This document shows, piece after piece, positions 40,543 through 54,201 of a DNA stretch of 64,000 bases. Made by a program: the position numbers and the translations under genes. Below the pieces are notes generated by a model. That model was not told the origin of the DNA. It ran no database searches and saw nothing but the letters and a program-made list of their open reading frames with translations. The DNA lies in the NCBI RefSeq assembly GCF_006345805.1, contig NC_042997.1, positions 79,298,001 to 79,362,000 of the forward strand, given 5' to 3'. The DNA comes from Octopus sinensis. Taxonomy: Eukaryota. Each line of letters begins with the position of its first letter. Position 1 is the stretch's first letter.

Positions 40543-42850
40543 TATAACGTAGATAATCGTAACCAATTATTGTAGTGTCATCACTATTTATGACGATACT
40601 TGTTTACTCTATAATCGTGTAGTAACAATAAAATATTTTACGAAACAGGATAACGTAACAATCCAATAAACTGTCCACGAACTATACACGAACCAACAAA
40701 CGATATTCCGAAAAACTACCAAAACGACACCTTACAACTTCTTGCGATTAACGCCTGCTCTGTTTCACTCAAACCGCTACTATTTATAGTCGTTCGGTCA
40801 AGTTTATTCTCGTAGGGGTGTCGTGACTCTCGCCGCAACATCTCCCCTTTTGAGATTTCGACTTCCGTAGGAAATGAAATTTATTTTATTACTTCTTTCT
40901 TAGCGAAGGGGGAGGTATTGTTTTCAGTCGTGTTTGTTTGTTTGCTGGTTTATTCGTAGACAAAATATCTCAAGAACCGCTGGATGGATTCGGATCAAAC
41001 TTTCAGGGATGTTTGGCTTCATGACTGGCACGAACGGATTAGATTTTGGGATCGATCCGGTACCGAACAAGGATTCTGGATTATTTTTCCGTTTTTTTAA
41101 AACTTAATTTTTAAGAGCGGTCGGGTTCATTTTTAGTATTATCGTTTACGAGAGCAGTCGAGTTTATTTCAAATATTCTCATTTAAAAAATAATTTCTGG
41201 CTAATCATTGAGAGGACGTTGGTGTTGCCCTGGCGGAGCTTTGCGCTCTCTGAGTGCTCTTAATATTATTATTTTTCCTTTCTTTCCAACAACTCCTCCT
41301 TTTAGAAATTTTGCTCCCTTGAGGAGTTCAGTACCTTTTCCGCTTAGGAATTATTTCTAAATGTTCAGTCTATTCATATTTTCTGTTACTGCTCCTTCTA
41401 GGCTCAATCTCTTTCAGTGCTGGCACATCGAACATGTCGTAAAACACTTCCATTGGAATTTGCTTCCTTTCTTCTGTATGTCTGATTTTTAATTGATTTA
41501 GATGACATTAATGCTCCCATCATTGGCCTTTTATAAAATACATCATGTTTCTAATTCTTTTAGTCACTACACCATCCTGCCAACTTTCTTTACCGTTCTT
41601 GTATACTTTGAAATGGACTTTGTCACCGACATCAAAATGTTTAGTCGAATTTTTTGTATTTTCTCTATACGTTTTTTCCTTTGGCAACAATTTCTCGAAG
41701 ATCAATTTAATCTTTCGAGCAAACATTAGCTCTTGCAGGCAACTTGGCTCGACTGGTATTCGGATTGAGCGTTATTCTGTACACCCTTAAGAATTTAGTT
41801 AGCACTTCGTCATTTCCTAACTTGTTACTTGCTTTTTTAAGCGCTCGCTTGAAAGTATCTACGAATCGTTCTACTTGCCTATTTGACATCGGGTGGTAAG
41901 GCGGGGTAAACATGTGCTTGATTGCATTTTGCAAAATTTCTTGAATTAGTATCTTGTAAATTGTGTTCCATTGTCCAATACTATGGTGTCCAGAACACTG
42001 TATCGAACGAAAAGTTCATGCAGGTACTTTATTGTTGCCTTCAGGGTAGGTTGACTGCACCTACATACTTCCGGCCACTTGATAAAGCTATCAACAAAGA
42101 TCAAGCAGTACGTGTCATTCACTGGTCCAGCGTAGTCTATATGTACCCTGGACCACGGATTATCTGTCTCAGGCTACGATTGGTATTTGACCGGTGGTAC
42201 CTTGGCTGCTAGCTCACAACCTCTACATGATTTTGCCAAAATTTTCAATGTCCCGGTCTATTGTCGGCGAGTACACGTACCTCCTCATCAAAGCTTTCAT
42301 TCTTGACATCCCCGGGTGTCCACTATGAAATTCATGTAATATCCGTTTCTGTATTGCAGTTGGTACTACTACTCTTTGTGCGTACAATACTACATTGTCG
42401 CAGAGCGAAAAGTGATTTGCATTCGTGTTTCTCTTTTATTTATTTTTCAAGGTTTCCTTCATTTTTATGATGTATTTGTCCTCCGTTGATTTACTTTTTA
42501 TATCTTGTGCAGTTACTTGTAACTCCTGAATAACATTACACATAATGTTTTTAATTTCCTTTTCTGATTGTAATGCGGCTATCACTGTATCTTACAGCGG
42601 TTCCGCATCCTTCGGAATTAGCCCAGATAAACAATCTGCATGGCCAATTTTCTTAGAAGGAATGTACTCGATCTTAAAGTTGTAATTTAACAATATTGTA
42701 CACCAGCGTTCTACTCCGTTAGCTGTATGGGTAGGAATTCCTTTCTTCGATCGGAAAATTGTTAGTAACGGTCGGTAGTCCGTTTGAAACCGAAAACTTT
42801 TACCGTGGAGAAATCTGTAAAATTTCTTCACGGCAAAAATAATCGCATGC
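40540..42850 (-). mobile_element. Gypsy/Ty3 LTR retrotransposon, 3' part (RNase H, integrase, PPT, 3' LTR)
   Basis: 301-bp LTR at 40540-40840 (tgtt..aaca), PPT aaaaggggaga next to it, PYHPMSNRQVERFVDTFKRAL, and IIFAVKKFYRFLHG..QTDYRPLL..ADCLS. Confidence 0.9.
40886..41266 (+). mobile_element. Non-autonomous Helentron/HINE-like element nested in the Gypsy element
   Basis: Starts ttattac..ggaggtattgttttc with (GTTT)n and ends ggcggagctttgcgctctctgagtgctc, in a T-rich site. Classification is from motif recall. Confidence 0.55.
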
Positions 42851-42931
42851 ATACGTACATACATACACACACACAGGCACACACATATATGTGGGTGATG
42901 AAATATTAATAATATTACCTTTTAAACTTAC

Positions 42932-45363
42932 TGACACTACTAGTTTAACCTGTCTTTAATTTCTTTTAGGAAAGTTTTAAAATAGAGGTGTGTTGTGTTA
43001 CCAAATATTCGAGTGTGAAGATTATAATCTGTAGACATTTTGAAAGACGGGCCAAGATAATACAATTAATCTCCTGTTCTATCATAAGATTTTTCACTGA
43101 CAGTTTATAATTATACAGTTCTTTCTGGAGGTCGCTTAGTCTTTCAAAGAAAATAAAGTTATTTTGATGTGCTATATAAATGGCTATTTCAGACATTACC
43201 ATTGTTAAATATTTTTGATAAAGTGTTAATGTTGCATGTGTCAAAACAACTTGCTTTAGGCAGAGAAAAAATTGCAGTTTAAGAGTGAGTATGTATGTAG
43301 TTATATATTTCAATACACTGCGGGATTATTCAATCTATACTTGTAGATATTAAAATAAATATCTAATGAATATGTTTAGAATTATTACCGAGTATAATGA
43401 ATCGTTTATCATTCAAAGGGATTACATAAAATGAAGTCTTTAAACCTGTAATTAGCAACTATTTTAGATACAATTTTATCGCCAAAATAGAAACAAAGAT
43501 TGTCTGTTATAATCTTATGTTTCTGATGGCATTTCCAGAAATGGCATGTAATAATAGGTGGTTGCTTTAATTTTAATTATTTTAAGACTATTGTCTTTTC
43601 CTTTTCTCTAATTTCTGCCTGTTGTCTTTGGCTTCAGGCTATTATGTGCAAAGGAGCCGCACATAGCCGAGTCAATGATATACTAGCCTATTTATGGACG
43701 GCTTGATGGTTCACATCCCATCACTGGTATCGTGTTGTGGTCATAATCAATACATTTAGCTACCAATAAACCACCCACCTGGTTGTATAACACTATGTAT
43801 GTACCACAATCCACTGGGAGCAGACATTGTTGATATCAAATCTCTCGTTGTTGTTTAACTCCTAGTCGGCTTCTATAGACCTATAATCAAAGACATTCTA
43901 CAAATGGACAACTTGTCTTTTTGAGTAACTAGGAATACATTATATAAGGTCTTATTTGCTGTTAAGATGGTAGGGTGCAATTGAAAGAAAATATGACTGC
44001 TATTTTTAGTAGGCAGAGCGACCATGTAAAGGTTTTGCTCTGGATCGTGAAACACCTCAGTGGAATCATCAAATCTCATTGATCCAACTTGGTAAGGGAT
44101 GGATTCGTTGTCTTCAAAAGGAACAAACTATCAAATGTCCAAATGTGCAATTAAGCTTAATCACTCCCAGAGTAAATTCCATAAATTTCACCTATGAAGC
44201 CTGTAGTTTTTACAAATCTAGCTAATGCCTATTATACAGTACTCCAACTTGTTACTTCAAATAATTACTATAATATACTTTTAACAACTTTATTTTATGA
44301 CAAACGAAAAACAGTTATATATAATAGATATAGAAATAAAAAAAGAACATAAAACAATTCTCCACACATTTACAAATGCAATACAAATACGTATAAATAT
44401 TATTTTGAAATGAACTCATTCTAATTTAAATACCTATTTTTGAGCCGTTTGTATGAATGATTTTGAACTTCAAATTTAAAACTGCACTTTTTTCAGTTTC
44501 CTCCCATTAAAGTCCACAGATTTTCTTGGCTCACTGAAGCTCTCAAATGTGATAAGATCAATTCCACCTCACTGAAAAAAGTCACTCACAGCATTTTACA
44601 ATCCCAAATTTCTTCATAAAGATTGAAGGACGTCCATATCAATGTTATTAAAGTCGTTTAAGCTTGAAACAACTTTTCTAAAGATATATTATGAACGCAG
44701 TTGCTTTCATCTGAATCAAACAACAATCCTTTAGCATCTAAAAGTAATCCAAGTTTTAACTCTAAGTCTATGTGAACGGATAAATGTTTCTTCTATTTCA
44801 TTATGGAGAAGATCAGTAGTTTGTTTCATTATTCTCATCATATCTTTCTTTGTAGTTAACTCCTACATCCTTGGCATTTTACCAGACACTTATTTCCCTT
44901 TTCTATGGCTGTCTTTCTACTTGAATATCTTATCTATTTATCTCTTACATATTTTCAGTTCAGCTTCAAGTGATTCAAATGTCAATGGTTATGAACTGCT
45001 TCAAAATAACCTTGAACGGCCTTTAAGCCACAAACAGCTACATGAAGGTTCATGACATAATCCTGGAATTGTTTTTGAACACAGTCAATCTGCATGAATT
45101 TTATTTAAAAAAAAATCAAAGCAGAAAAAAACAAGATATTAAAACTAAAGAAAAAAAATTAAGCAACTATCCCTCACCATCCCTTTTATCAGAAAATTAA
45201 ACTTGACCATCAACAATTCCTTACAAAAGTTCCACTGTGATACCAAAGTAATTATTAACTGATTTCAATGTTCCTGTTCTGGAACTTCATCAAATTCCAA
45301 GTTCAGATTTGACAATTACTGATATAGCACCTTACACTTTTGCCAACGGAGAATTGAACAGCA
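42932..45363 (-). pseudogene. Decayed multi-exon gene remnant, product unidentified
   Basis: Exon-like blocks at 45225-45363, 44434-45089 and 42932-43253 have AG/GT ends and pyrimidine tracts. Protein-like frames (IDCVQKQFQDYVMNLHVAV.., FNLYEEIWDCKML.., LSDLQKELYNYKL..) are broken by stops and frameshifts. Confidence 0.45.
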
Positions 45364-46057
45364 CTTAAAAAAGAGAAAAAGGAAAAGAACAAAACATTCG
45401 AATTATATGAAAACGATTACACCATCAATACTTAGCGGCACGCATTCCAACTAAATCAAATAAGTGATTAATTCAGTTTACGAAGACATCATACAATTTT
45501 TTTCATTAACCGTCTATTGAACACTACTTTTATAATGAAACCTTAATTGCAGCATTGATATAGCATTAAGGTCGATAGCTTTCTAATTACTTTTTTTTGT
45601 TTTATAAGTTACTTCAAATATTACAGCCAGCATATTTTCTATATTCTTTTGTAATTAGATAGATACAAGAAAGGATTGTTTTATAAAAATAGTTTTCTTC
45701 TTCAACTTAGTACCAACAAAACAAACACTTTCTGCTAGTTCCTCACCATGTGTTTAATTTGAAGTAGAATTAAACATCTTTCCACTATAATATGAATGCT
45801 ATATAGTGGTTTCTTGTAAAAGGTAGCAGTTATCAGCTGGATACAACCATTGTTCTCTAACGGAGACAAATATAATATTGTCCCAGACTTCTTTGTTATG
45901 CTGCGGTGATATTCATTCCTGATATGATTAAAATTTAACAACAGTTTTAAAAACTTCAAAAAATTTCCCAAATCCGTTTCCTCGTTTCTTTGTATTGAAT
46001 TTCTTGTGAGCACACCATGTAAACTTGTTAAAAACTGATAAATGTACACAAACGCAG

Positions 46058-46119
<62 letters not shown>

Positions 46120-46411
46120 CACACACACACATGCACACACACACATGCACACACACACGCACACACACACACACACAATGAACATTTAGTTAAACATAGA
46201 TGAGTGTATGTTTATGTGAGTGTGTACTTGTGTTTATGTAAAGAAGTGTGTGTATGTGTGTGTTTGTGTGTGTATATATACATATACATACATACACACA
46301 CACACACACGCGCATACATATATATATATATACATACATACATACACACACACACACATGTATATATATATATATATATAATATATATATATATATATAC
46401 ACACACATATA

Positions 46412-46935
46412 CAGGGTGCATAAGGTATTTGAGGACATACATTTTTGGGGTAATTGCTGCATTTTTTGCTAACTCTGTATAATCTTTGTTTCAGAAAATA
46501 ATAATGGCAGACCCTCATCTTATTCAAGAAATGAAGAGGTATGCTGTTATTGTGATTATAAAGGCTGAGCATAGCGATTTAGAAATAGTTTGATTCTTAA
46601 AAGTTGCTAGATCTTGCGTCTACAATATTTGTAAGGAGCTAGAGACTGAAGATGGAAACGTATCACCAATATCAAAGGATAAAAAGCATTCTAAACTCTC
46701 TGAAATCATCAGAACACCTGAACTTATTCAGCAAGTTCAACAGACCATTGATTACAATCCAAGAAAGTCCATGAGGTCAATTGCAAAAGATTTCCATGTT
46801 CAGAAGGAAAAGTCAGAATTGTTATCCATGAAGACATCAGATATAAATTTTTATGATGAGGAAAGATCAGTTTGTCAGAAAAAACAAAAGAAAATCACTT
46901 CATCAGATCTAAAACTGAAAACTCCAGCAGAAGAT
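46412..46935 (+). mobile_element. Tc1/mariner-superfamily 5' half (maT/DD37D-like N-terminus)
   Basis: TA|cagggtg start, QEMKRYAVIV..IRTPELIQQVQQTIDYNPRKSMRSIAKDFHV. The catalytic domain is absent. Confidence 0.65.
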
Positions 46936-46963
46936 TTGATTTGTTTTTTTCTATCTATCTATC

Positions 46964-47051
<88 letters not shown>

Positions 47052-50000
47052 TGTTTCTTTATTAGCCACACAGGGCTGCACACAGATAGAACAAATTACA
47101 AGGTAGAGCTTTTCTTTTGAAGGTTTAAAAAAAAAAAAAAAAGGAAGGGGGAGTTTCGATCAAAAGGGATCGTAAAAGGAGAGAAAGAGGACAAAAAAAG
47201 GGGGCGTTAAAAAAAAAAAAAAAAAGGGGGAGAGGAAAAAAAAATTGATCAATAGGGATCGTTATCACAGAAATGTCAATATGAAGTGTAAAGGGGAGGA
47301 CAGTGAGGTTTACCCGTGGAAAGAAAAGCCTACGGAAAAGACCACGGTAACCTCGGTCAATGAAGTCACATTTTATATTTCTTTTTTTTTTTTTTTTTTT
47401 TTTTTTTTGCAAATAAGCAACTCTCTGTTTTCGATTTCTGGGTTCATAGGACTATGCTCAAGGTGGCTTCGTCATTCATACGTGCCATTCTTGCTACATT
47501 CACCCATCTTTTTTTAAAACATTCGCTAGACAAAACTTGCCTCTCTACTCTCACTTTCCTTTTCAAGTGGTACTTGAAGAAGTTGATGAGAGATTGACCA
47601 GAGAGGAAAGTGTTTGTCTCCAATCCTTTCAGACGCGTCCACCAGATACATTCTTTCGCCATAGCCACAAGGATGATGAAAATAGCTCTTCCTTCCCGTT
47701 TGAAGGAAGGAGGCGTGACAATATTGACGATAGACTCAGCTGATAAACCGACTCGTCCCACACGTGACAGCAGTTGTTCGACATAAGCCCACAGGTCGGA
47801 AATTGTTGGACACTGAACGAGTGCGTGCAGAACGGTTTCGTCGCTCTGACCGCATCTCGGGCAGGTCGGCCCCGTGTTTCTCGAGCCGTGTCTGTAGAGC
47901 TTATCCCGAACGGGTAGCGCTTCTCGGTAGCACTGCCAGGCCAGGGGTCTCTGGAAGTTGTCCATGGGCCCTGGCCCGAAAGTCGTCTGGAATAGGCGGG
48001 TCAGGTACTCCTCGTCGACGTCCAGGTTCGCCCCGAGCTCGTCGTCGTACCTCCCCTCCACTAAACCCCTATAGAATGCTTTGGTTGTGTTGAAGTCACT
48101 TAAGGTCGACCCAGGACGGCAGAGTTGCTTGAGAGCAACGCGACACTCGCGGTGCCATTCGCCCTTCCTCGGCCTCTTTTTGATCCACGACTGCAGTTCG
48201 GTCATGGAGACGAGCTGCGGGAAAGCGTGCCTCACAAACGGCGACCACACCTGTTCACCGTCGTCTACATAGAGCCAGAGATGTCGCAGTCTCAGCGCGT
48301 GTCTGCGCATCATCAACCACGGCATGCCCAGCCCTCCTTTTAACGGGTGTTGACAGCAAATGGATCGCCTGACCATCGGGACGCATCCTTTCCACAAGAA
48401 GCGAAAGAGGATGCGTTGTAGTTTGGTGATGGTAGGGTCGGGACAAGGTACGACGGTCAGGCGGTAGTAGATGACGGACGCGATGTACGTGTTCGCCACC
48501 TCCGCTCGACCTTTTAGGGACAGTTTCCTCTCGGCCCATTGCCGGGCGAGAGTGACCACCCTACTCGTTATCTCGTTCCAGTTCTTCTCCACTTGGAGGT
48601 CCGGACCGAACCAGACCCCGAGCAACTCAACCGGGCCGTCGGTCCAGCGTCCCACGACGGAGGCGCTGGTGGACGGCATGGGCTTGCTTCTCCAGGTGCC
48701 TAGTCGCAAGCCCACTGACTGACTTTTCCCGGTTGATTTTCGCTCCTGTCACCACGCTTCGTAGTTTTTCAGTGTCTCGCCGACCAGCTCGATGTGCTCG
48801 TGGCTAGACACTATGACGGTGACGTCGTCCGCGTATGCAGACACGCTCGTCCCGCATCCCAATTCTCGCGGGATGCCCCTTAGAGTCGCCAGCTTCCGCA
48901 GTAGTGGCTCAAGAGTCAATACGTATAGAAGCGCCGAGAGGGGGCATCCCTGACGGACCGAACGTGCAATGTCGAAAGGTCTCGATAGATGTCCATTTAC
49001 GCGAATTACCGAACGGATGCCTCTGTACAAGGCAGCTATCCAGCCGCGGAAGACGGGACCGAAACCAGCCGCTCTCAGGGCCGCCTCCAAGTATCGATGG
49101 TCTACCCTATCAAAGGCTTTCGATTGATCCAAGTTGATCAGGGCCCCACCCATGCCACGTTCGTTAACTACCCTGTCTATGATGTAGCGCATCAGATGGA
49201 GGTTGTCATGGATGGTCCGGCCTGGCACGGCGCATGTTTGCGCCTTGTCGACCAGTTTCTCGATGACAAGCGCCAACCTCTTGGCTAGCACCTTGGCCAA
49301 AATTTTCAAGTCTGCATTAAGCAGAGTGATGGGCCTAAAGTTATCTATTACATTTCCCTTGTTTAGATCTTTCTTCAGCAGTGTTACGGCTCCTCGGCTC
49401 ACAAAACCAGGAATGCTCCCGTTTTGCTGCCAGTTGCAGTACACCGCCGCCAAGAGATCTCCAAACAAGTCTGGCATACAATTGTAAAGCTCGTAGGGTA
49501 GACCATCCAAACCCGGTGATTTGTCCCTCGAGCATTCTGCCATCGCTTCCCCTACTTCCGCCGCCGTGATGGCACCTTCGCAGCACCCTGCCTTTCTTGT
49601 CGAGAGTCGTGGTAGGCTATGTAGGTAGGCACTGAAGTCCACCCTACGTTCTTGCCCTCCACTCGTTCCGAACAGTCGGGCAAAATGCTGCTGAAAGGCC
49701 TCACACATTTTACTTGGCTCGAGCAATTCGCGCCCCTGTTCATCTACCAGTGACCGAATGGTGGCTTTGTTGCCCTGTTGCGCCTCTGCCACCCGGGCCT
49801 CTCTCGCGGCTCCAACACCTTCGTTCCTTAGAGCACGCATCCTAGCTCTGACAGCACATCCTTCGTGTTTGGCGTTGAAGTGTTGGTCGAGGGCCAACCT
49901 CGCCGCCAAAACGTCGGATGCGATGCCGCTTCTAATTGCCTCTTCTAGCTTCTTAACTAGCTCACCCTCTACTCTATTTCTATCTATGGCTAGTGCTTTG

Positions 50001-50241
50001 CTGTACCTAATCGCTTCTGCTTTTACTGCTCTCTTGAGGGCAAACCACCATTTGTTGTTGATGATGGCTCCCGTCAAAGCCCTCTTTACTAGTGTGCTAA
50101 TCCGGTCTCTGAAAACTTGTCTCGATGGGAAAGACGCGTTTAGTTTCCAGTATCCGGGACCCTGCCTAAGTGTCTTACCTAAGTCTAGCGTACATGTCAC
50201 AAGTTTGTGATCCGTGTAGCTGACTATGTGGAATTGTGGAC
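47052..50241 (-). mobile_element. Tx1/L1-clade LINE, 5'-truncated, young, inside (GATA)n
   Basis: ORF2 runs from the end of the APE domain (YTDHK..GPGYWKLN) through RT (KSPGLDG, RPITLLN, KAFDRV, QGCPLS, YADD) to zf-RVT (CPRCG..ETVLHALVQC). AATAAA lies at the 3' end. GATA tracts at about 47013-47051 and 50242-50374. Confidence 0.95.
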
Positions 50242-50350
<109 letters not shown>

Positions 50351-51149
50351 GATAGATAGATAGATAGATAGATATGGATCTCGGTCAGAAACTGCAACCA
50401 TAAGTTTACAGCTGTTCAGTCAACTGAACTACCAAGCACATTGAATTAGCGTGTAAGTGGATGAGTATTTTACAGATACGTGTACCAATAATATTATTTT
50501 CAGGCGGAATCAACGTGGTAGACTGAAAAAGCTAGATTGAAAATGGACGTTTGCTCAAGATTCGGCCACAGAGTTTCTACATCTACAAAGGAAAGTTAGA
50601 TGGTTTGAAAGAGGAGCTCGTCTTTCAAAGCATTCGGCCACACTTCACCAATATACATATCTACGCGCACGCGCACACGCGTATGTTTCTATATCTATAT
50701 GTAAACAGCGTTAACGAAATCGCTGGAAAATCAATACATCGTATTAAGGTGTTAATGGGAATGCGTTCCGGGTATCCAAAAGCTTATAATTTTTTCAATA
50801 AAAGCATATTATTATGTTTTATTAAAAAATATACCATTAATTTTTATACTAAAATATATATAATGTAAATAAATAAATAAACTTAATTTATAAATTTTAT
50901 CTAAATTATTAAAAAATTCTGTAAATAGTGTATTGACCGAGTGATTCACTGCAAAGTCGATAATGCGTTGATCTTGTTCATCATTGGCACAGATTACAAC
51001 AACCAGAATAAACATGGCTCTGGTTGAAAATCATTCAATGATGACGGGCTTGGTAGAGCGTCTTGTGCCATAAAATATGACCCTAGACTTGTTTACTGTA
51101 CCTTTCTTTTGTTACTCTTTAAGAATTTGGTAATAATATACTAAGGCAT

Positions 51150-52330
51150 CATTTAAGCTCCACCTTACATAATCGATTCCCATTTGCAAGCGTTCTCCAT
51201 CAATGAGCTAGTATTAGCGAGAAATTGTTTAAATGTTTTTGTATTTATTATCTTCATACAGCATTCTTGTTCGTCTTCGTTCTTCTGTTGGTGCCCTGTC
51301 ATAGCTACTAATATCATTTTCTCATTTCCTATCAACACTCAATTCTAAGATGTTTTCCGTAGCCGCATCAAATCTTGCTTTTCCAACAAACCTAAACACC
51401 TCTTGTTTGATTTAGCACTTTCTTCCGCAACACAAATCTCTCAAAGTCGTCCACTGACTGGTAAAACTTACTTCAAAACTGCATTCAAGTAGTTTGTGTA
51501 TTCTTTTCCCCAAGAGATAGCCAATAAAACAGACGGCACTTAAAATGTAATCATATCCGGACTTACGTCTAACCCTGACCATTTTCTTAGCAGACACTTG
51601 CAGGTAGTAATACTTGAAGTTGTAGGAATTGTTCCATCAGCTGCAGAACAAATACTGTTCCTGGACTCAAGTAAACAACGCTTATTTTTAGTTTCATTTG
51701 AACTTCAAGATTTGGCTAATGTCCAGAAGAATAGATTTGGGTGGTAAGTTGCACACAAAAGTGCAAAATACTTTGTGTGCCAATCTTAGAACAATTCCTG
51801 AGTGACCCACTTCTTATTCTTCAACTTTCATTAGATAGGCAATTGTAACTTAATCTTTACAGTGCACAGGGTAGACCGATATCGGTTTCAGTTTCAGAGC
51901 TTCTGAAATATTCCTACTGAGTAGAAATTTTAGTCGATGATTGGTAGCTTTAAATATTGCTGCAAAATTTTCTTCAATAGAAGTAAAGGTCCTCGAAAGT
52001 AATTTCTTTAAATATAAACATGTCTCATCTATATTGAAAATGAAATAAACAGAATATTGCTTGGCTTGAAATTCTGCAAGTACTTTAGCTCCTTCAATAT
52101 CTGCACTTACTACTCACTAATTTTCTGACCACTACAGCACTTACTGATGCTTATCTTTTGCAAACCAGCCCTTTGTTACATGCAAATATTTTAGCTCCGC
52201 TCCCTTTCTCCTTCAGTTAAAGAAAAATAGGCTTTGACTTCCTACAAATGAAAGTTTGGCTCAATGGGATATTTTCTGCTGTAAGTCTTCCATTCACAGT
52301 ATTAATGAGTTCGCTGTTGGTTACCACGTG
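51150..52330 (-). mobile_element. pogo/Tigger-like transposase relic
   Basis: Degenerate FACNKGWF, NIDET, KWVTQELF.DW, SILLD, VVYLSPGT..LQLMEQ (compare VxLPPNTTSxLQPMDQ). Confidence 0.7.
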
Positions 52331-53017
52331 AATAACTCAGCTGCGTCGCACTTATTATGGTCGGTTGTTGCATTAAACTTTACATTACATCTGTATTTTT
52401 TATGACTGTCGCAAAATTATGGTAGTTTGTGCTGATCCGTGAAAATTGTAGCGGTGGAATAGCAGCGAAGATACGAACAATTTCTGTAAATTTTCAACTG
52501 ACGTTATTGTCTACGGACATAAATAATGCTGGCGCAAAATCAGGCAGTCTATATATACATTCATACATACATACATACATACATACATACATACATACAT
52601 GCATGCATGTATTCATACATATACATTTATATACACACGCGCATACTTGGAGCCGTCTATGTATCATGGTTAGTGAATATACGTCGTTGACAGTCAATTT
52701 ACTTTGGTATTTGTCTGAGATAACATCCTTATGGTTGTGCTATGTTTAAAAAATACAATGTACACGAAGGGCAACAAAAAGTCATCTCATAAGCGGCTAG
52801 CAAAAGCTCCGGATGAATTTCGGCCCAGCTGGTTTTTATCAATGAAAAGTACACAACCAATTACTTGTCAAGCCAAGATCTGTCGCGTCTGCTATAGAAA
52901 ACACTAAATAAAACATTCATTGGTAATGCGAATGGCTGCTCGGCTGAACGAAAATCCAGTATACACAATTAAAGCAGTATTAAATTAAAATAGCCATCTG
53001 CTTCCATACTTAATATA

Positions 53018-53083
<66 letters not shown>

Positions 53084-53212
53084 ATACGCAGTTTCACCTC
53101 CATAAAGGGCTTAGCCCTATGGACCTATGGACCGAACCGTCCATAGGGCGAAACCATTGGTCACTCTATGACCGGACATATACTTAACTGCATATAAATA
53201 CATTACTGCACT

Positions 53213-53225
53213 ATATATATATATT

Positions 53226-53283
<58 letters not shown>

Positions 53284-53314
53284 TATATATATTATATATT
53301 ATATATTATATATT

Positions 53315-53384
<70 letters not shown>

Positions 53385-53389
53385 TATAT

Positions 53390-53420
<31 letters not shown>

Positions 53421-53485
53421 ATATATACATACACACACATATATACATACATACATACATGTATGTATGTATGTATATATATATA
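53213..53485. repeat. Long imperfect (TA)n/(TACA)n microsatellite
   Basis: Seen directly. A (CA)n tract also lies at 53019-53081. Confidence 0.95.
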
Positions 53486-53679
53486 ACGAACACGGATTTA
53501 TCCTTTCCAAGAATTACAGTGGAATATCCCACACTAAACGGTAATTGATGTTTATTACTACTTGATGTGGTTAGCTGGAACCTGGAATACGCCTGAGAGT
53601 TATTATGGTTCCTGGGTAATTTATCCCTATATACTCATCTTACACAGACATACACACACACACACGCGCATGTATTGAT

Positions 53680-54125
53680 TTCACCCCTTCTTATTGATAA
53701 CTGAATTTTTTCTTTCCACGTAAACTGACATCTAACTGTTCAAAGGAGACTTCAAAAGTAATTAGTAGTAACTTGTCCTGAAAATGGACAAAATTTGGCT
53801 GAGGCAGTTACGAAAGGCTATCAAGACTAAATGCGCAGGACAAATTAAGAAAGAGGTCTTGTTTCACCAAGACAATGCTCCAGCACATAAACCCTTGGTC
53901 TCAATGGTTGCTGTGCAGGACTGGCTTCCAACTGGTTGACCACCGTCCCTAATCTCCTATTTTCGCCCCATCTGATTATCAAATGAAAAAACAATTGACT
54001 GGGAAGCAGTATCGCAGTAATGATGAATGATGCAAGAGGGACTATGTTGATAAATAAACTTCATTTGGTCACGTTCCATGATGGTATCTTGGTCACCCTA
54101 TGAACTTTTCAACCGACTTTCAAAG
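53680..54125 (+). mobile_element. Internally deleted mariner
   Basis: LRKAIKTK..VLFHQDNAPAH..APSDY, with a TIR-like end tgaacttttcaaccgac. Confidence 0.7.
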
Positions 54126-54201
54126 ATATGTCCAAACTCGTACTCACATACACACACGCGTGTGCGTGAGTGTGGGGTGAGTGCATATATATGTACATAT
54201 A

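Noticed and set aside
48749-48751. Programmed readthrough or selenocysteine at the TGA in the Tx1 ORF2
   Set aside because: The stop is explained by a 2-nt duplication, and the residues that follow are out-of-frame junk until the 4-nt duplication.
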